This document shows, in pieces, positions 50,715 through 64,000 of a stretch of DNA of 64,000 nt. Origin of the DNA: Octopus vulgaris (Eukaryota). Every line of letters starts with the position of its first letter. Position 1 is the first letter of the stretch. The DNA lies in the NCBI GenBank assembly GCA_951406725.2, contig OX597816.1, positions 96,782,001 through 96,846,000 on the forward strand. The letters are read 5' to 3'. The notes under the pieces were generated by a model. The model was given only the letters and a program-made list of their open reading frames with translations. It ran no database searches and was not told where the DNA came from. Made by a program: the position numbers and the translations under genes.

Positions 50715-50856
50715 CAGTATTATTATTACTATTATTATTATTATCATTAGTAGTAGTATTAATAATAGTAGTAGTAGTAATAATAGTAGTAGTAGTAATA
50801 ATAGTAGTAGTAGTAGTAATAATAGTAGTAGTAGTAGTGGCAGTAGCAGCAGCAGC
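50715..50856. repeat. Compound trinucleotide repeat (ATT)/(AGT)/(AAT)/(AGC)
   Basis: Direct inspection; gives the poly-S/L/Y ORFs. Confidence 0.97.
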
Positions 50857-51091
50857 CGTTCAAGAATTTGGACCTGGAGACCTCCATTTCCAGCGACTTC
50901 GAGGGCCACCTCCCAGTGGTGTCGGGTGTCAACAAAGATTCCTCGACTACAACAAGATGACCAAAGTTTTTTTTTTCCAAGGTCTGGGGTCTCCTGCTCC
51001 TAAGCCCTAGAACATCACCTAATCACCCTTACCCATCTTGCTTAACAACAACAATGACAACAGCAGCAGCAGCAGTAGTAGTAGTAGTAGT

Positions 51092-53456
51092 ATTCCGTTG
51101 GTCGCACCTCATTTGTTGTTGGTAGTGTAACATGGATGACAGCTGACCACATCCATTGGGCTGAGGTGGTACCTCCAATTGTCAAGCACTTTCTAAGTAT
51201 TCTAGCAATTCAAAGGAGTGATATTTACTTTAAGTGCCCTGACCTAATGTTGTCTCCGATTTTTAAATAATAACTTTCAACTATGGTGTTCATAGTACCA
51301 AACACCCTGACAACAATTGAGACCACCTCAACCTTTCCCGCTATCAACAAATGTTTTATCTCCCATGCTAATGATTCATATTTCTCAATGTTCATCAATT
51401 ATATGTCACAAACCTTATTGTCAGCTGCACAAGTTACATCTCAAAGCAAACACAGTTTGTTGACTTTGTTAATCATTATATCTTCTTTGCAATGTGAAAT
51501 TTCAGTTATATTGTATGAAAAGATAAAAAAAATTTTGGCATGGTCATTTTCTTCAAGGCCTTCTGGTTGGTGCTCGTATCATGGACTTGCTTTTTCAAGA
51601 CTGTATCCTCCACATAGTTCCAACGAACAATTTTCACTATGTTATCATGGAATCACTTGTATTCTTTGTATCAGCTTTGTGCACTGGCTGGTGATACGCC
51701 AAACAGTTTTGGACAAGCATAACCTATGGGTGTAACTCTTAGTGTGGAAGGCTCCATATATTATCAACATTTTTCTGATCTTGGTATTCATTTTCTTCAG
51801 TTCTCTCTTTTGCCATTTTATAATTCTTGCTTCATACCAGAGTGATGCTATCGCCCACATATTAACTGCTTGGATTTTATTCCATCCAGTCAATTTTGAG
51901 TGCAACCCCATCCTTAGTCTTCAGAAATACTCCATCCTCAGTTGCTCTTTCATTTCCTTCTCCATTATCTCATTGGACTCTAGTACATCAAGGTATTTGT
52001 AACCTTCCATTTGTTTAATCAAGTCTCTATTTGGTAATTCTATTCCTGCTATGGACTGTACCTTTCTTGAGTCCAAAATCTATTCTAATATCAGTACTGA
52101 AACAGTGGACCGTGTTCACCAAGGAACTCACTTGTGCCTCATCCTTGCCATACAGTTTCAAATCACCCATGAAGAAGAGGTGGTTGATTGCTTGGGATTT
52201 TCCCTTTAGTTGGTACCTCAGGTTCATTTTCCTAAGTAGCAAAGTCAGGGGTATCATGTAGAGAAGAAAAAGCATGAGAGATAAGCTATCACCTTGGAAA
52301 ATCCCTCTTCTGATACCTAGGGTGCCCAAACTTTTTCTTTAAGATGTTAGTTCAGTTTTCCACCCCATCATACTACTCTTCAGGAACACTTTACATTCCT
52401 TGCAATTCCAAACAGATCTAGGCACTCAATGATCCATGAATATGGAATCATATCATACACTTTGTGGTAGTCAAACTAGGCCATTCCTAAATGTGTTCTC
52501 CTTTGTTTACAATCTTGCATTACCATTTTGTCTATGAATAATTGATCTTGGTATCTCTTCATCTCCTTCTATAGCTTTTTTGTTCTGTTGGTAATATATC
52601 GTTCTCATCAAGAAATTTGTACAGTTTTTCTGCAACTCCTCCTGATAGTAACTTCCACATTAATGGGAAGCAAGAAATTGGTCTGTAATTGTCAGCAGCA
52701 TTTCCCTTTGATGCATCCTTCAAACACAATACCATTCATCCTTTTGTCAACCAGCCTAGGATTTCTTCTTCTCCATTAATCAATGTATTAAATTGCCCTG
52801 CAATCAATGTATGGCAACAACTGAACTTTTTATCTAAAATCCTTGTACACTATCAGGTCCTGCTGCATTCCAACTGCTTATCTTTTCACTCCTGTTTCTG
52901 TGAAGTTGATAGCCACTTACTGGGGATAAGAAGCTGTTTGCTTCAGGCTGCAGAGCCATTCAGCTGTGGTATTATGTTGTTCTTCCTCATTCCATATTTT
53001 ATCCCAGAAAAGTCAACTTTCATCAGGTGACTAAACTTACACGTTTTTTTATCATCATTAATTTCTTAATAAAATCTGTTTTGGTTGGCTCTAAACAATT
53101 TGTTTTGCTGGTATTGCTTAATCCATTCTTTAAACCTAGTTAGCTTAGCTTTTTTTGCAAGTATGCACTACTTCAGTTCTTCAATTACAACATTCAGGCC
53201 TTTTGTATCTACACCATACTTCTTCCTAACTTTTTCGAATTTACACTCATTCTTAAGTTTCCCATTTCTTTTCCTGACAAATATGGACACTGCACTGTTC
53301 AAGGAAGGAGTTTATATCTTCTGAAATTCTTCATTTTCACCAAAGTTGTATTTTCCTCTTCTATCCATCGCTGTTATGTTCTCAGTAGTCTTCAATCCCA
53401 TCCTTTCCACCACAATTCTACTAGCAGCCTTGATAAGATCATTTGTTGGTGTGAGA
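51092..53456 (-). mobile_element. 5'-truncated R4/Dong-like RLE non-LTR retrotransposon
   Basis: IRRGIFQGDSLS, NHLFFMGDLKLY, YKYLDVLE, NKIQAVN, terminal ARILRKCL; begins at a (TAA)n tract and ends in a (TAC)n tail. Confidence 0.88.
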
Positions 53457-53878
53457 TTATTATTATTATTATGAAGGCAACAAGATGGTAGAATTATCAA
53501 CATGCTAGACAAAATGCTCAGTGGCATTTTGCCTATCTTTGCATTCTGAGTTCAAATCCTGCAAAGGTCTACTTTCCCTTTCAGCCATTTGGGGTTGATG
53601 AAATAAGAACCAATTGAGCACTGGAGTTGATGTAATTGATTTTCCCCCTCCCTGAAAATTTCAATCCTTATGCTTACAGTAGAAAGGAAAAAGAGGATCA
53701 CCACAGTCTCACATCCATCATCATCAATTCAGAAGATTTAATGATTTATTTTAAAGGGAAGTAATTACATCATAATATACAAAAGGCAACTTTATATAAT
53801 TAGAGAAAATCAAGATAATAGGGTAAATGTCATAAACATTTGAAGATAGTACAAATTTCAATGCAGCTGCACTCATAC

Positions 53879-53980
53879 CTTTAAATATTCCATGTTGACT
53901 ATCTCAAGGGCCTTCTCAACAGATTTCACAACCAAAGTTAATTTTTCCTTATGTTTGTTTGTCAAGAAAAGGATCTGTAG
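53879..53980 (-). CDS. M1AP: M1AP-like internal exon, 102 nt, phase 0-0
   Basis: tttttttgttag|CTACAG...TTAAAG|gtatga. Encodes LQILFLTNKHKEKLTLVVKSVEKALEIVNMEYLK, colinear with recalled human LEITILTSQPGKEVVKQLEEGLKDTDLARVR. Confidence 0.85.
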
Positions 53981-55229
53981 CTAACAAAAAAAATTAATTT
54001 GAACTTTTTGAAGAGAGCAATATATCTTTCTCAGAAGTGACACATTTCAAGAAATATATTTACATCTATGCAGTTTTTGCTCACACATACACACACATCT
54101 AGGTGCAGGTATACCTGTGTGCTTAAGACATCTGTTTTGCAACTACAGAGTTTTGAGTTCAGTTTCATGGCATGCCATCTTTTGCAGGTGTCCTCTACTA
54201 TAGCCCTGAGCCCTAAGCCTTATGAGTGAATTAGGTAGAAAAAGCTGCACAGGATCCAAACTTAGAGTTACCATTCAATACAGATATGATGTAGAATTTT
54301 CCCACCTACATCATTTCAACTATGATCCCTGTACCCGCTACACCATGCAAACAACAATGCTTTTCCATCTTCAAAAAGAATAAAAGAATAAAAGCAAGAT
54401 CTGCCATAAAGACCATATGAACTCAGTATATGGTCAATAACAAGCTAGCAATTACTACAAGGCCACAGAAATTCTCATGCAAGTTGTAACACCAGTCTAG
54501 GAGCGATAGACCTCTAGTTCTAGACAGTGAAAAATCTAGAGTTCAGCATCTACTGGGCCCCATAGCCTTTGCATCTAGAGGTGTCCATGAGTAAACTTGA
54601 GCAAAGCTAACTGTCATATTACTTCCAAAGTTTTGACTGATTTTCCAGTTTGATAATAGCCTGATAATCAGAATATGTGAATTAAGAGCACTCAATAAAC
54701 TTTGAGAACATGCATTAAAATTATGTAACTTTAGAGGAGCTCAAACTTGCAAGGAGGAAGTCAAGGCAAGAAATTGAATGAATTTGAATGAATTTAAAGG
54801 AACTATTTGGCAAATTTTGATTATGCTTATGAAATTGTTTTGCATAGTATTGAAACATTAATTATAAAAAGAATGATATACATGAAACTGAATTTAACAA
54901 TAGATCTAAGAATAAAGCAATGAGAATGCTTTCAAATATGTGCAAATCACTATAGATTAGCAATTCATAAAAAATAAACATTACTCGTAAAATAAGTTTT
55001 AAAATATGGAAGAGAGTCAAGGTATAGCCATGAAACTACAAGTCATATTCAAAAGTACCCACTCTTATTCAGATGATATTGCCTTTCATTTTTTGAAAAC
55101 TTTCTCCTATTTTGTTTCATCTATATGCAATATAGACACCACAAAACAAATCTGCATATATGCTACAAAACAGAAATCCAAAAGCGATCCTCCAAGAAAA
55201 CATCATATCACATACAACCTGCCTTAAAT

Positions 55230-55820
55230 ATGATCAGAATACAATTAGAACCCTCACAACTGCTTCAAATATCAAGCACCATTTTTACAAAGGATCTCTC
55301 CTGACAAATGCATTTCCTTAAAATAGTTACGATTGTATCTCAAAAACTGGCTTCTTACATTAAGTTCAGAAAATGCTTCACTTCATGACAATTACTGACA
55401 TGCTACATAGCTCAGGAGAAGCCCACAATGAAGTATATATCCTATATCTGAGACAGTGTTGCTACTACATACAGATCCAGAGAAAAGCTACCTCATTGAT
55501 TAGCATAAAGTTACTCACAGACACTCTATAACTTCTGGCCCACAGACATGCTATTTCCCCTCTCTGCCTTTTCTACCAATACTATGGCCTCTGCTACTCA
55601 GAGCCAACTAAGCTTGTGTCACTTACATTCAGGCACTCCTGACTCAGTCATCTACTTTTATTGTCAATATTGTGTTGAACCCACCTAGGTTCTAGACTAA
55701 TCACTACATTCAGTACTTCTAATTAAACATCAGCCCTCAGAATTATCTACCCTGTTCATGTTTTCCCTGAAGTGGTCAACTTGCAAAAGTCAAAGTAAAA
55801 TATTAATGGCATCAATCTCA
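55230..55820 (+). mobile_element. Old CR1-like LINE 3' remnant
   Basis: Degenerate QLLTCYIAQEKPTMKY, IQRKA..LI, LAHRHAISPLCLFYQYY motifs. Confidence 0.6.
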
Positions 55821-56427
55821 CTAGTCTCAGAAGGCCTGCAAAAGATGCCTACAAAGATCATAGGCACTGTCTCTTTCTCCACACCCTGCAAACAAAGAAG
55901 AATACTTATATCATCATCATTGTTTAACAGTAGCTGGCCAGGTAGAAGACTCACTAGACTTCTGTGTCTGATGGCTTTTATGGCTAGATGTCCTTTCTAA
56001 CACCAAGTACTCCAGACAGTGGAGTGAGTGCTTTTTACATGACACCAGCACAGGCAAGGTCAGTTGTGGCATGGTTTTTACAGCTGGATGCCTTTCCAAA
56101 TGCCAACCACTTTACAGTGTGGACTGGATGCTTTTTATATGGCACCAGTACTGGTAGGGTCACCAAATAACTTGCAACACAAAGAACCTTTGAGAGGGAG
56201 CATTGGAGGAGGTGATCTTGTGTCAGATGATGAAAGGTTAGTGTCTGAGAGAGACTGAAACAGGTGTCTAGCTGTAGAGGAGGAACATAGTTACCCAGAG
56301 AGAGAGAGAGAGAGAGAGAAAGAGTATACATGTATATAGTCATAAATGTTAACTAAATTGTTTGTATCAAAATGATCAAATCAAATGTATTAAGAATTAA
56401 GTATTTTCATTTGATGTATCTAATTAC

Positions 56428-56610
56428 TTGGAGAGATGCATTCTTAAATTGCTGGAACTGTCGTGCAATCTCAATGAATGCTTGTGATAGGGTCCGTTCC
56501 CTGTCTTCTAAGTGCTCTTTACAGCCAAGGTCTGCCATCTGTTTTAATTCATTCAGACAATATTGTATTCTAAGAAAGTTCCCTCGTACACTTATCATTG
56601 GTAACAATAT
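56428..56610 (-). CDS. M1AP: M1AP-like (meiosis 1 arrest protein) internal exon, 183 nt, phase 0-0
   Basis: Acceptor ttttttacag|ATATTG and donor CTCCAA|gtaatt. Encodes ILLPMISVRGNFLRIQYCLNELKQMADLGC...TLSQAFIEIARQFQQF, matching human M1AP as I recall it (CILPFVQVKGNFARLQTCISELRMLQREGC...SLRLAVEDGLQQFKQY). Confidence 0.88.
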
Positions 56611-57311
56611 CTGTAAAAAATAGATAGAAATTGATGCATTAAAATTATAACCTCTTAAATTGTCAAACATTATAATACACCTGTCTTCCTTATCTATTAA
56701 AGAATTTAACCAGTACATCACTATCTTCAATAATACTGTCACTACACTATATTTTGTTATTTACATCTAGATTTCTTCAGCCATAATCTGAGAAGTGTTG
56801 TAGAGAAATAGATCTCTTCAGCACAAAAATAACGTTACATTTTTTTTCATTATTTAAGAGCATATATAATCAAAGAATAGTACTCCTGTGTATAAGTGCA
56901 ATTCGCTATACAGTGTTGCTCATTTATTTAGTATGAAGCCATTACTATATACACAAAAATTGCTTATTCATCTGGTATGAAGCCATTGCTATATATACTC
57001 TGCTAGATAACCTTAATATGGTCATCGAGCAGAATAGTCAGTTTTCACTTACCAATATAAGTTCACCATAAAGCTACGTCATCTTTCTATCTTCTCTACT
57101 ACTGCTACTACAATCCATGTCTTTCTGAACTGATTAGGCTGCACACAGATTAAATGCAAAACTCAGTTTTGAAATGTATTTGAGACACATGAACACTTTT
57201 TCACACATTGTAATATGCATATCTGACATATTATTGATACATTATTTAAAGATCCTAATAAGTTAATAAACCTTTGAACTCTGAATAGTAAGACACCTAT
57301 CTTGGTGTTAC

Positions 57312-57425
57312 CTCCACTGTCAATAGTTCTTGGTTGTTGATGAATATGGCTAACAATGTGGCCATCAATATAAGGTCTATATCCAATCCTCCAGATGGAT
57401 AAATTTCAGTATCTGCAATTTGTTT
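57312..57425 (-). CDS. Candidate upstream exon (114 nt, phase 0-0), possibly M1AP
   Basis: ttcacag|AAACAA...GTGGAG|gtaaca, open and in phase with the next exon (KQIADTEIYPSGGLDIDLILMATLLAIFINNQELLTVE). Resemblance to the expected M1AP segment is weak. Confidence 0.25.
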
Positions 57426-57573
57426 CTGTGAATTGAGATGAACCAAAACTTACATAAAGCAAATTTAAGTTGTTATTTGATATGGTGATTACAACTGATT
57501 TTATTACATATATTTTGAACTTCTGTCAGTTTCCATAATGCTTTAGAAATATTCTACTATGCATTGTTTTATG

Positions 57574-57606
<33 letters not shown>

Positions 57607-59927
57607 CTGATCATTTATTGATTATTTAATACAAGTATATTGTATGAGTATATATATCTATATCTATATATATATATATATATATATATATAGCAAGCAT
57701 ACAGATATAACAGATGATGATATAGTTCTTTGTATTTTCTGCTGAATTAACTGTTTGGAACAGTATTGATATGAAAGATAAGGACCTTAGTATGAAATTT
57801 TAGTATCTGAAAAAACAACAACAACAAAAAAAGAAATACAAAAACAATGAAAATTCACAAAAATAGAAGCAGAAGTAGATTATCCCCTTTTTTTTAAAGA
57901 TTCTTTGATACAATTCTCAGGTGAATTTTATTTCTATATTATTCATTAATCAGATTTCATTCCACACCAATAACACACATCTAAAAGACTGGTATCTTGA
58001 AATAAACTTGCTTATATTATGATTGTTGTTTTTCTTATGGATAAAATCAATAGAAAAAATAACTTTTTTTAAAGAAATAACAGATACTCTTTTGTACAGT
58101 GTGTGGGATGTATTAATGTTGTTTAAAAAAAATCCTTATATTTTGTAAGACATAAATTGAAGTAAAATGTCCATCATGCAAAATAAAATGGAAATAATTC
58201 ATTTATCTAAGATTAAAGGAGTTGAGGATTATGAATAAAAATTGCTTTCAGACTACAAGTACAAAGGCGGAAAAAAAATCTAAAACATGACTCTCATGTG
58301 AAGTAAGAAAGCTATTTACTTTCAACATATATCTTTTTGAGGTAAGTATTCTATTGAATATACTCAAATAAAATGTAGTTTTAAAATTACCCTAAGTTGC
58401 ATAAATAACATCATGAATTTTTAATTAAGTTTATATCTCTCTTAATGCATTTTAAATATTTAATGCTCATATTTCAGCCAGCATTAGAATGTTGAAATAG
58501 ATTAAATGTACAAAAGGATTTTGGAAATTCACATCAGTTCTTTGTCTCTTGCCATTGAGTTCTATATTTCCTATCTAATTAGCTTTCTTCAGATACTCAT
58601 CCATGTGAGATTGAGCCTGCTACATTGATTTGTATCTTCTACTACTTCAATTTCCTTCTTCTTAAGTCTCATTCCTCTTCTCCAGCCTCCATCACCTTTT
58701 TATGAGCTCCCATTATACTGATTTACAATCCTGGCACAAGGCCACACATTTGTAGGGACAGAGAATAATTAATTTAATCGAATGAAAACAGTACCAGTAT
58801 TTATTGTACTGACCCCAATACTTGACTATACACTCAAGTAACTTCTTCACTTTGAATACAGACCACAAAAGAGCTGAACTAAATTTATCAAAGCCAACAG
58901 GATGAAAACCATTGTCAAACTTAATAGGAATTGAGCTCAGAACATGAATGAACATTAGTAAATATTGATTTTAGAATAAGCATAAGGCCACAAAATTCAG
59001 GGAACTTGATTAAATCTTCTTTACTACCTAGGTGGAACTTCATTTTAACAACCCTGGAAGAGTGAAAAGCAAAGTTGACTCTGTGAGATTTGAATTCAGA
59101 TGCCAATTTATCAAACCCTTTAATTACATTGTTTCTAGATATTTTGTTTATAAGAATCTTTCAATCCATATTTAATGATTCTCAAAAGGAATTTTATATT
59201 TTATTCATAACTCTGCTTGGCAGTTAATCATTTATTACTAAAGTATGAAGCTATGATTTACAAGAAATTCTAAGAGATTTTAATAGCAGAAACCAAAAGA
59301 TCATAAGATACAATAGCAGCTCAAGAGTTCCATTTTAGTATAAAAAGCAATATGTGGAACATATTTGTTTTTTATTAGTTGTTGATTAGCTCCAAATCAA
59401 AGCTCTGATTAAGAAAGTCTGTGATCAAAAGCACCCTACATGCTCTCTTTTAGGGCATGTAGGGCTACATTATCTTATGTATAATTCCTTTAAGACAGTG
59501 GAGATGCAATTTGTAAGAATTTATTTGTTATTTCTAGCAGGTTGAGAAATCATGTAAAGGATTCTCAAGAAGAGTAACAGGTCTATGATAACTTTTAAAA
59601 GTCTTCCCAGAGAATTAAGATAAGCAATTCTTCAAGTCTATTTAGTTTGAATATCAACCAGACAACAAATGCAGAAAAGATATAAGTAGAAATAATTCCA
59701 AAGAATAAATTGAGCAAAGTGTTTCAGAATTTTCTGGGTGAGATGTAATAGATATGATACAAAGAGAAGAGATGTGTGAGCCAAATGGGCCAGGTGGAAT
59801 GGATACATAGTTTGCTAGAACAGATGGAAAGAATTAGGAAGATGGTTAGACAATAATAATAATGAACAGCAACAACAATTATTATCAGCATACTGTTATT
59901 CATTATGTTAATTGTGTGTATATAATG

Positions 59928-60138
59928 ATATGTTACCATTAAAGTATATAATTCAGTTATTCCATGGAATAACTAGATATTTCATGAATTACCTGGCTGA
60001 ATCAGTTAAAGTGTATAAAATTATTACATTCTACAATGTAATAATTTTATACACTTTAACTGATTGAGCCAGATAATTCATGAAATACCTAGTTATTTCA
60101 TGAAATAACTGAATTAATATACTTTAACAATAACATAT
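59928..60138. repeat. Near-perfect 211-bp palindrome (4-nt loop CTAC at 60031-60034)
   Basis: About 103-bp arms reverse-complementary with a few mismatches; nested palindrome agttattccatggaataact. Confidence 0.95.
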
Positions 60139-60413
60139 ATATTTTTTACATTTCTTCTTCTTTCTTTCTTGACAGACACTTATCAGCCATTTCAAGTTTC
60201 ACTTGAAAAAAAAAAAATGAGTGTGGAGAGGGAGATGCTCAGCGAATTTGTTAAAAGTGAATGTGAGTCATAAGCATGGTCTGAATGAACAGGTTTCCTA
60301 TGTGCCTGTAGATAGGAGAATAACAACTAAGATAGGACACTTGGTTTAGTGGTTTGAGTGACTATGGTTTTTGTGGAGTTTCCATTTTAAGGAAATTTTT
60401 TATTTCTGTATTA

Positions 60414-61623
60414 TATCAGGTCATCCCATGAGTTCTGTCCAAATTCTGAATAACGAAAACAAGTGATCAAATGTTATATTTAATTGAAATTTAATAATCG
60501 ATGTACTTTCCTTGATTATCTATGACTTCCTTCCATCTATTTATAAGCTTTTTAATCCCATCAATGTAAAACTCTTTTGGTTTCAAAGCGAAGAACTCTG
60601 AAATGTCAGTTTCGACCTCCTCCTGGCTTATGAAAGTTATGTCCCCCAAATGATTCTGTAAACTACGAAACAAATGGCAGTCTGATGGAGTAAGGTCAGG
60701 AGAATAAGGTGGATGAGGAATTTTTTCCTAACCAAGATCTTCGATCTGTGATGTGATTTTTGCAGAGTGGGGTCATGCATTATCCTGATGAAACATCACT
60801 CCTTTTCGATTCACTACAGCGAGTCTTTTTTACTTCAAAGCTTGGTTCAAATGCTCTAATTGCTGACAGATTTGAGCATTGATTATTGCATTATGTGGTA
60901 GCAATTCAAAGTGAATTACTCCTTTGCAATCCCACCAGATAGAGAGAAGAACCTTTTTCCCATGAAGTTCCCTTCTCGGTTGTGGTTGAGCTTTTCCCTT
61001 TTACCAAGCCACTGTTTACGACATTTAACATTTCGAAAAAAAGATTCAATTTTCATCACCAGTCACAAGTCTATCCAAAAAAGGTGAAATGAGCTCGCGA
61101 AAATGGAGAGAAGAGCAGACGTTAACTTGGGATTTGTGGTTGCTTTTGGACAATTCATGAGGTACTCATTTTCCAAGTTTAACTGATAATGCAGGATTTT
61201 CTTCAAGTAATGCCTCAAGGAGCTTATCATCAAATTTAATTGGCCGTCCTGTTCAATCTTCATCTTCAAGGCTGAAATCTCCACTTCTGAATTTTTCAAA
61301 CCATCTTCTGCAAGTTCTTTTATTCAAGCATTATTTCCCATAAACTGAGTGTATGTTTCGAGTTGCTTCAGCTGCAGAATTTCCTTTTTTGTACTCATAA
61401 AGCATTATGTGCCTCAAATGCTCTTTGGATACTTTTATGGTAGAAAGGGTTTTAATCAAAGAAATTTTAATTCTATTATTCTGTAAAATAATATTTAATT
61501 AGTTTAAATGTACACAGATGCATACAAATAATTCTTAAATTCTATTAGACATTCTAAAATACTATTAAATTTCATTCAATTTAAAAAAGTAAAATTGGAC
61601 AGAACTTATGGGATGACCTGATA
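60414..61623 (-). mobile_element. Full-length degenerate mariner, about 1210 bp
   Basis: TIR TATCAGGTCATCCCAT.AGTTCTGTCCAA at both ends, TA TSD, HQDNA.PH, HPPYSPDLTPSD, FYIDGIKKLINRWKEVIDNQGKYI. Confidence 0.94.
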
Positions 61624-62099
61624 TAATTTTTTTCCCCATTTTTACGCTGTCCTTGATTTTCTTGTCAGCTCTTGTGATAAATAAAGAAAGCATCATCATC
61701 ATAATTAATTATCATTATTTGAATTGTAGTAGCTTTGTTTTATATGAACTGTTGTAAGTCTTGATCAGAGACTGCAGAAAATAACAAGTTGACTCTTTTA
61801 CTGTGGGAGTTATCTATGAGTTGGTATAATGGTAGCACATCTAACATTCATTAGAAGGGGTGGTGTTGATTCCCATAGACTCTACTGTCCAATTTTTTTT
61901 TATTATCTATGAGTAGCAATGATATATTTCAGAGAAAGGAGACCAGATATATTTAATGATACATTTCAGAGAAAGGAGACTTAATTCTCAATAAGATTCT
62001 GCTAAAAGTGTGTAGTAACATGTGAAATTTTGAAAGATTTTAAACGAACCAGATATTGTCAATGTTTTTCTTGGGATGGCCATACTTATAAGAACAATT

Positions 62100-63560
62100 A
62101 TTTGTAGTTTTGAAATTTTGGGTTTAACCTGGTATTTGACAACAGTATGTGAGTGTGCAATTTTGTTATCATACCCAAAGCCCCAATGATTGCAGGCAGT
62201 CATCATCCTTAGACCTTTTTTACAAAAACCTTGTATTCACTAAACTTTTTGAATATTTCCACAGAGGTGTCGTAGTCTGCTGGGACTGACAGTTTTATAA
62301 GCAAATGTTTTACCAATGTGATTTTGCACCTCAATATCTGATCTATTGGCCTGAGCAGCTCAATTAATTTGAGTACTACATTTCCAAAGAACACTGATAT
62401 CTTTATTTTTACTACTTTGGCAGGTTTGTGTTCCTACCAATTCTTCTAGTATGGTAATTCAAACTGATGGAATATGATCTAGAGTAAATACTGACCAAGT
62501 CTATCATAATGATTAATAGACTCAATTGAATTTAACATAGAACAACCACTGATGAGATGATAAAATGCTTCTCTGATTGTACCACAGATGTGGCAAGAAA
62601 GATCAGCACCATTTTTAAGAATGTTAATTTAGTGAGTTTTAGGAAGGAAACACTAATCTTGAGCTCTCTGTTTCCAATTTAAGTCCAGATGCAGACAGCC
62701 ACTTATGAATCATATTTATATCAATATCTGAATTGCCTGATTTTGTAGGGTATTTGCTATTAAATGTTTTACTTTTCCATGTATTTCGCAGCTCTGCAAT
62801 TTCATTTGATTTGGCTTGTGCTTTAATTCTTTTGCTTTCACAGCAGGTTCTTTTGTTTCATCTAGTTGCACCTGTCTCAGTGATTTTTAGTTCCTTTACT
62901 TTTTTTTGCTTCTTCTAATATTGAGTGCGAATCTTTAGTAATTTCATTTTTGCAAACAATTTAAAGGATCCATACATGAGTGGTCTTTAGACAGGAGTCT
63001 AATCCTATGGTTACTGTCTTTAAAGACAAATGTAGCTGCATCAGTTCATGTCCTCCATCTTTTAGTTAGATGCACAGTCTGTCTACATCTGCCTTAAGAC
63101 AAGGCATTCAATGCATTGTGAGAAGTTTGCATATTATTGGTTAATGGAACATTTTATATTACAGCTGTTGGCCGTGATGGGTATCACTAAGGTATTGATG
63201 GCATCAATCTTGTTTCCTGCATTAAGTTCACTCTTTAGGATCGCTTTCTCTGTTTGGTAGCATTCTTTCCATATTTTTTCAGGTATCTGTGAATGCTGGA
63301 TGCCATCTCCTTCACACACCTAAATACTTTTAGTTTTCCTCAGGATCTAATTCCTTAATTAAGGTAATCTTGTCAAGTTGTATGTTGTACATATTCAACA
63401 GTTTTTCTTTAAAAATCTGGCTTTAGTGTAGTTATCAAGGCTAAACTCCATTGCAATATTCTTACTAAATTTCACTTTAGTTAAAAGCTATTTCAGTTGT
63501 GAATCATCTTTCACAAAAGAGCTTTGATTCATTCATGCAAAGGCGGCAATGGCTTGATAT
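62100..63560 (-). mobile_element. Old R4/Dong-like RLE retrotransposon remnant
   Basis: KYLGVCEGDGIQH...ILKSELNAGNKIDAINTL (RT C-terminus); AQANRSDIEV and LSVPADYDTSVEIFKKFSEYK (RLE). Confidence 0.75.
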
Positions 63561-64000
63561 CATTATTAAGACCCTGATGAATTTAGATCAATCAAAAGAT
63601 TTTCAATGGGTCAACCAAAATTGCTAGGAAGTTGTCAAGAAATCAGCCAGTATTCTGGACTGACAGTCCAGTTAAGCTGCACAGGGTTTGGTTTGATCCC
63701 AACCTCCAGGTGGTCAGGAACTGAAATGAGGTGACAAACTGGATGGCCAGTCTTACCCAGAAATGAACCAAGCTAAATCTATCCATGAAAGGGAAGTTGG
63801 GATGCAAAAGTGGAAATTACCTGCATTGCCTCCATTACTGCTTACCAACTGAACATTGTGCCTCACCCCAGTTACTATTTGATCAGATTGGAATATCTGT
63901 TATTCAATGTTTTGTGGAAGGGAATTGTTCTACAGGCCAAGCAGTTCAACTACTACCAGCACTTTCTGCTTAGGCGGCTTATGCACATCATAGCTGCTGG

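Noticed and set aside
50536-51003. 155-aa Ser/Asn-rich ORF and poly-L/poly-Y ORFs
   Set aside because: Produced by trinucleotide repeats.

Overview
AT-rich, microsatellite-rich, repeat-saturated eukaryotic DNA. The SINE and LINE families look like those of an octopus (coleoid cephalopod); this is an inference from recognition, not a database result. The only host gene I can support is a minus-strand, multi-exon M1AP (meiosis 1 arrest protein) orthologue with four in-phase exons (56428-56610, 53879-53980, 42682-42826, 31741-31833). Its 5' and 3' exons were not found in the window. The rest is intronic or intergenic transposon debris: Penelope-like elements (PLEs, including two Naiad-type copies), RTE, CR1 and R4/Dong-like LINEs, a Gypsy remnant, two mariners, hAT and piggyBac-type non-autonomous elements, and tRNA-derived SINEs. 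Three things stand out. (1) Both Naiad-type PLEs carry a very long Thr/Pro/Ala-rich low-complexity insert just before the YIG motif of the GIY-YIG nuclease; in the full-length copy it separates the GIY and YIG tyrosines by 137 residues instead of about 10. (2) There is a dense set of hammerhead-ribozyme motifs from several PLE-type families, including non-canonical core variants. (3) Fold-back inverted duplications recur at (TA)n tracts. All alignments and translations were done by eye.
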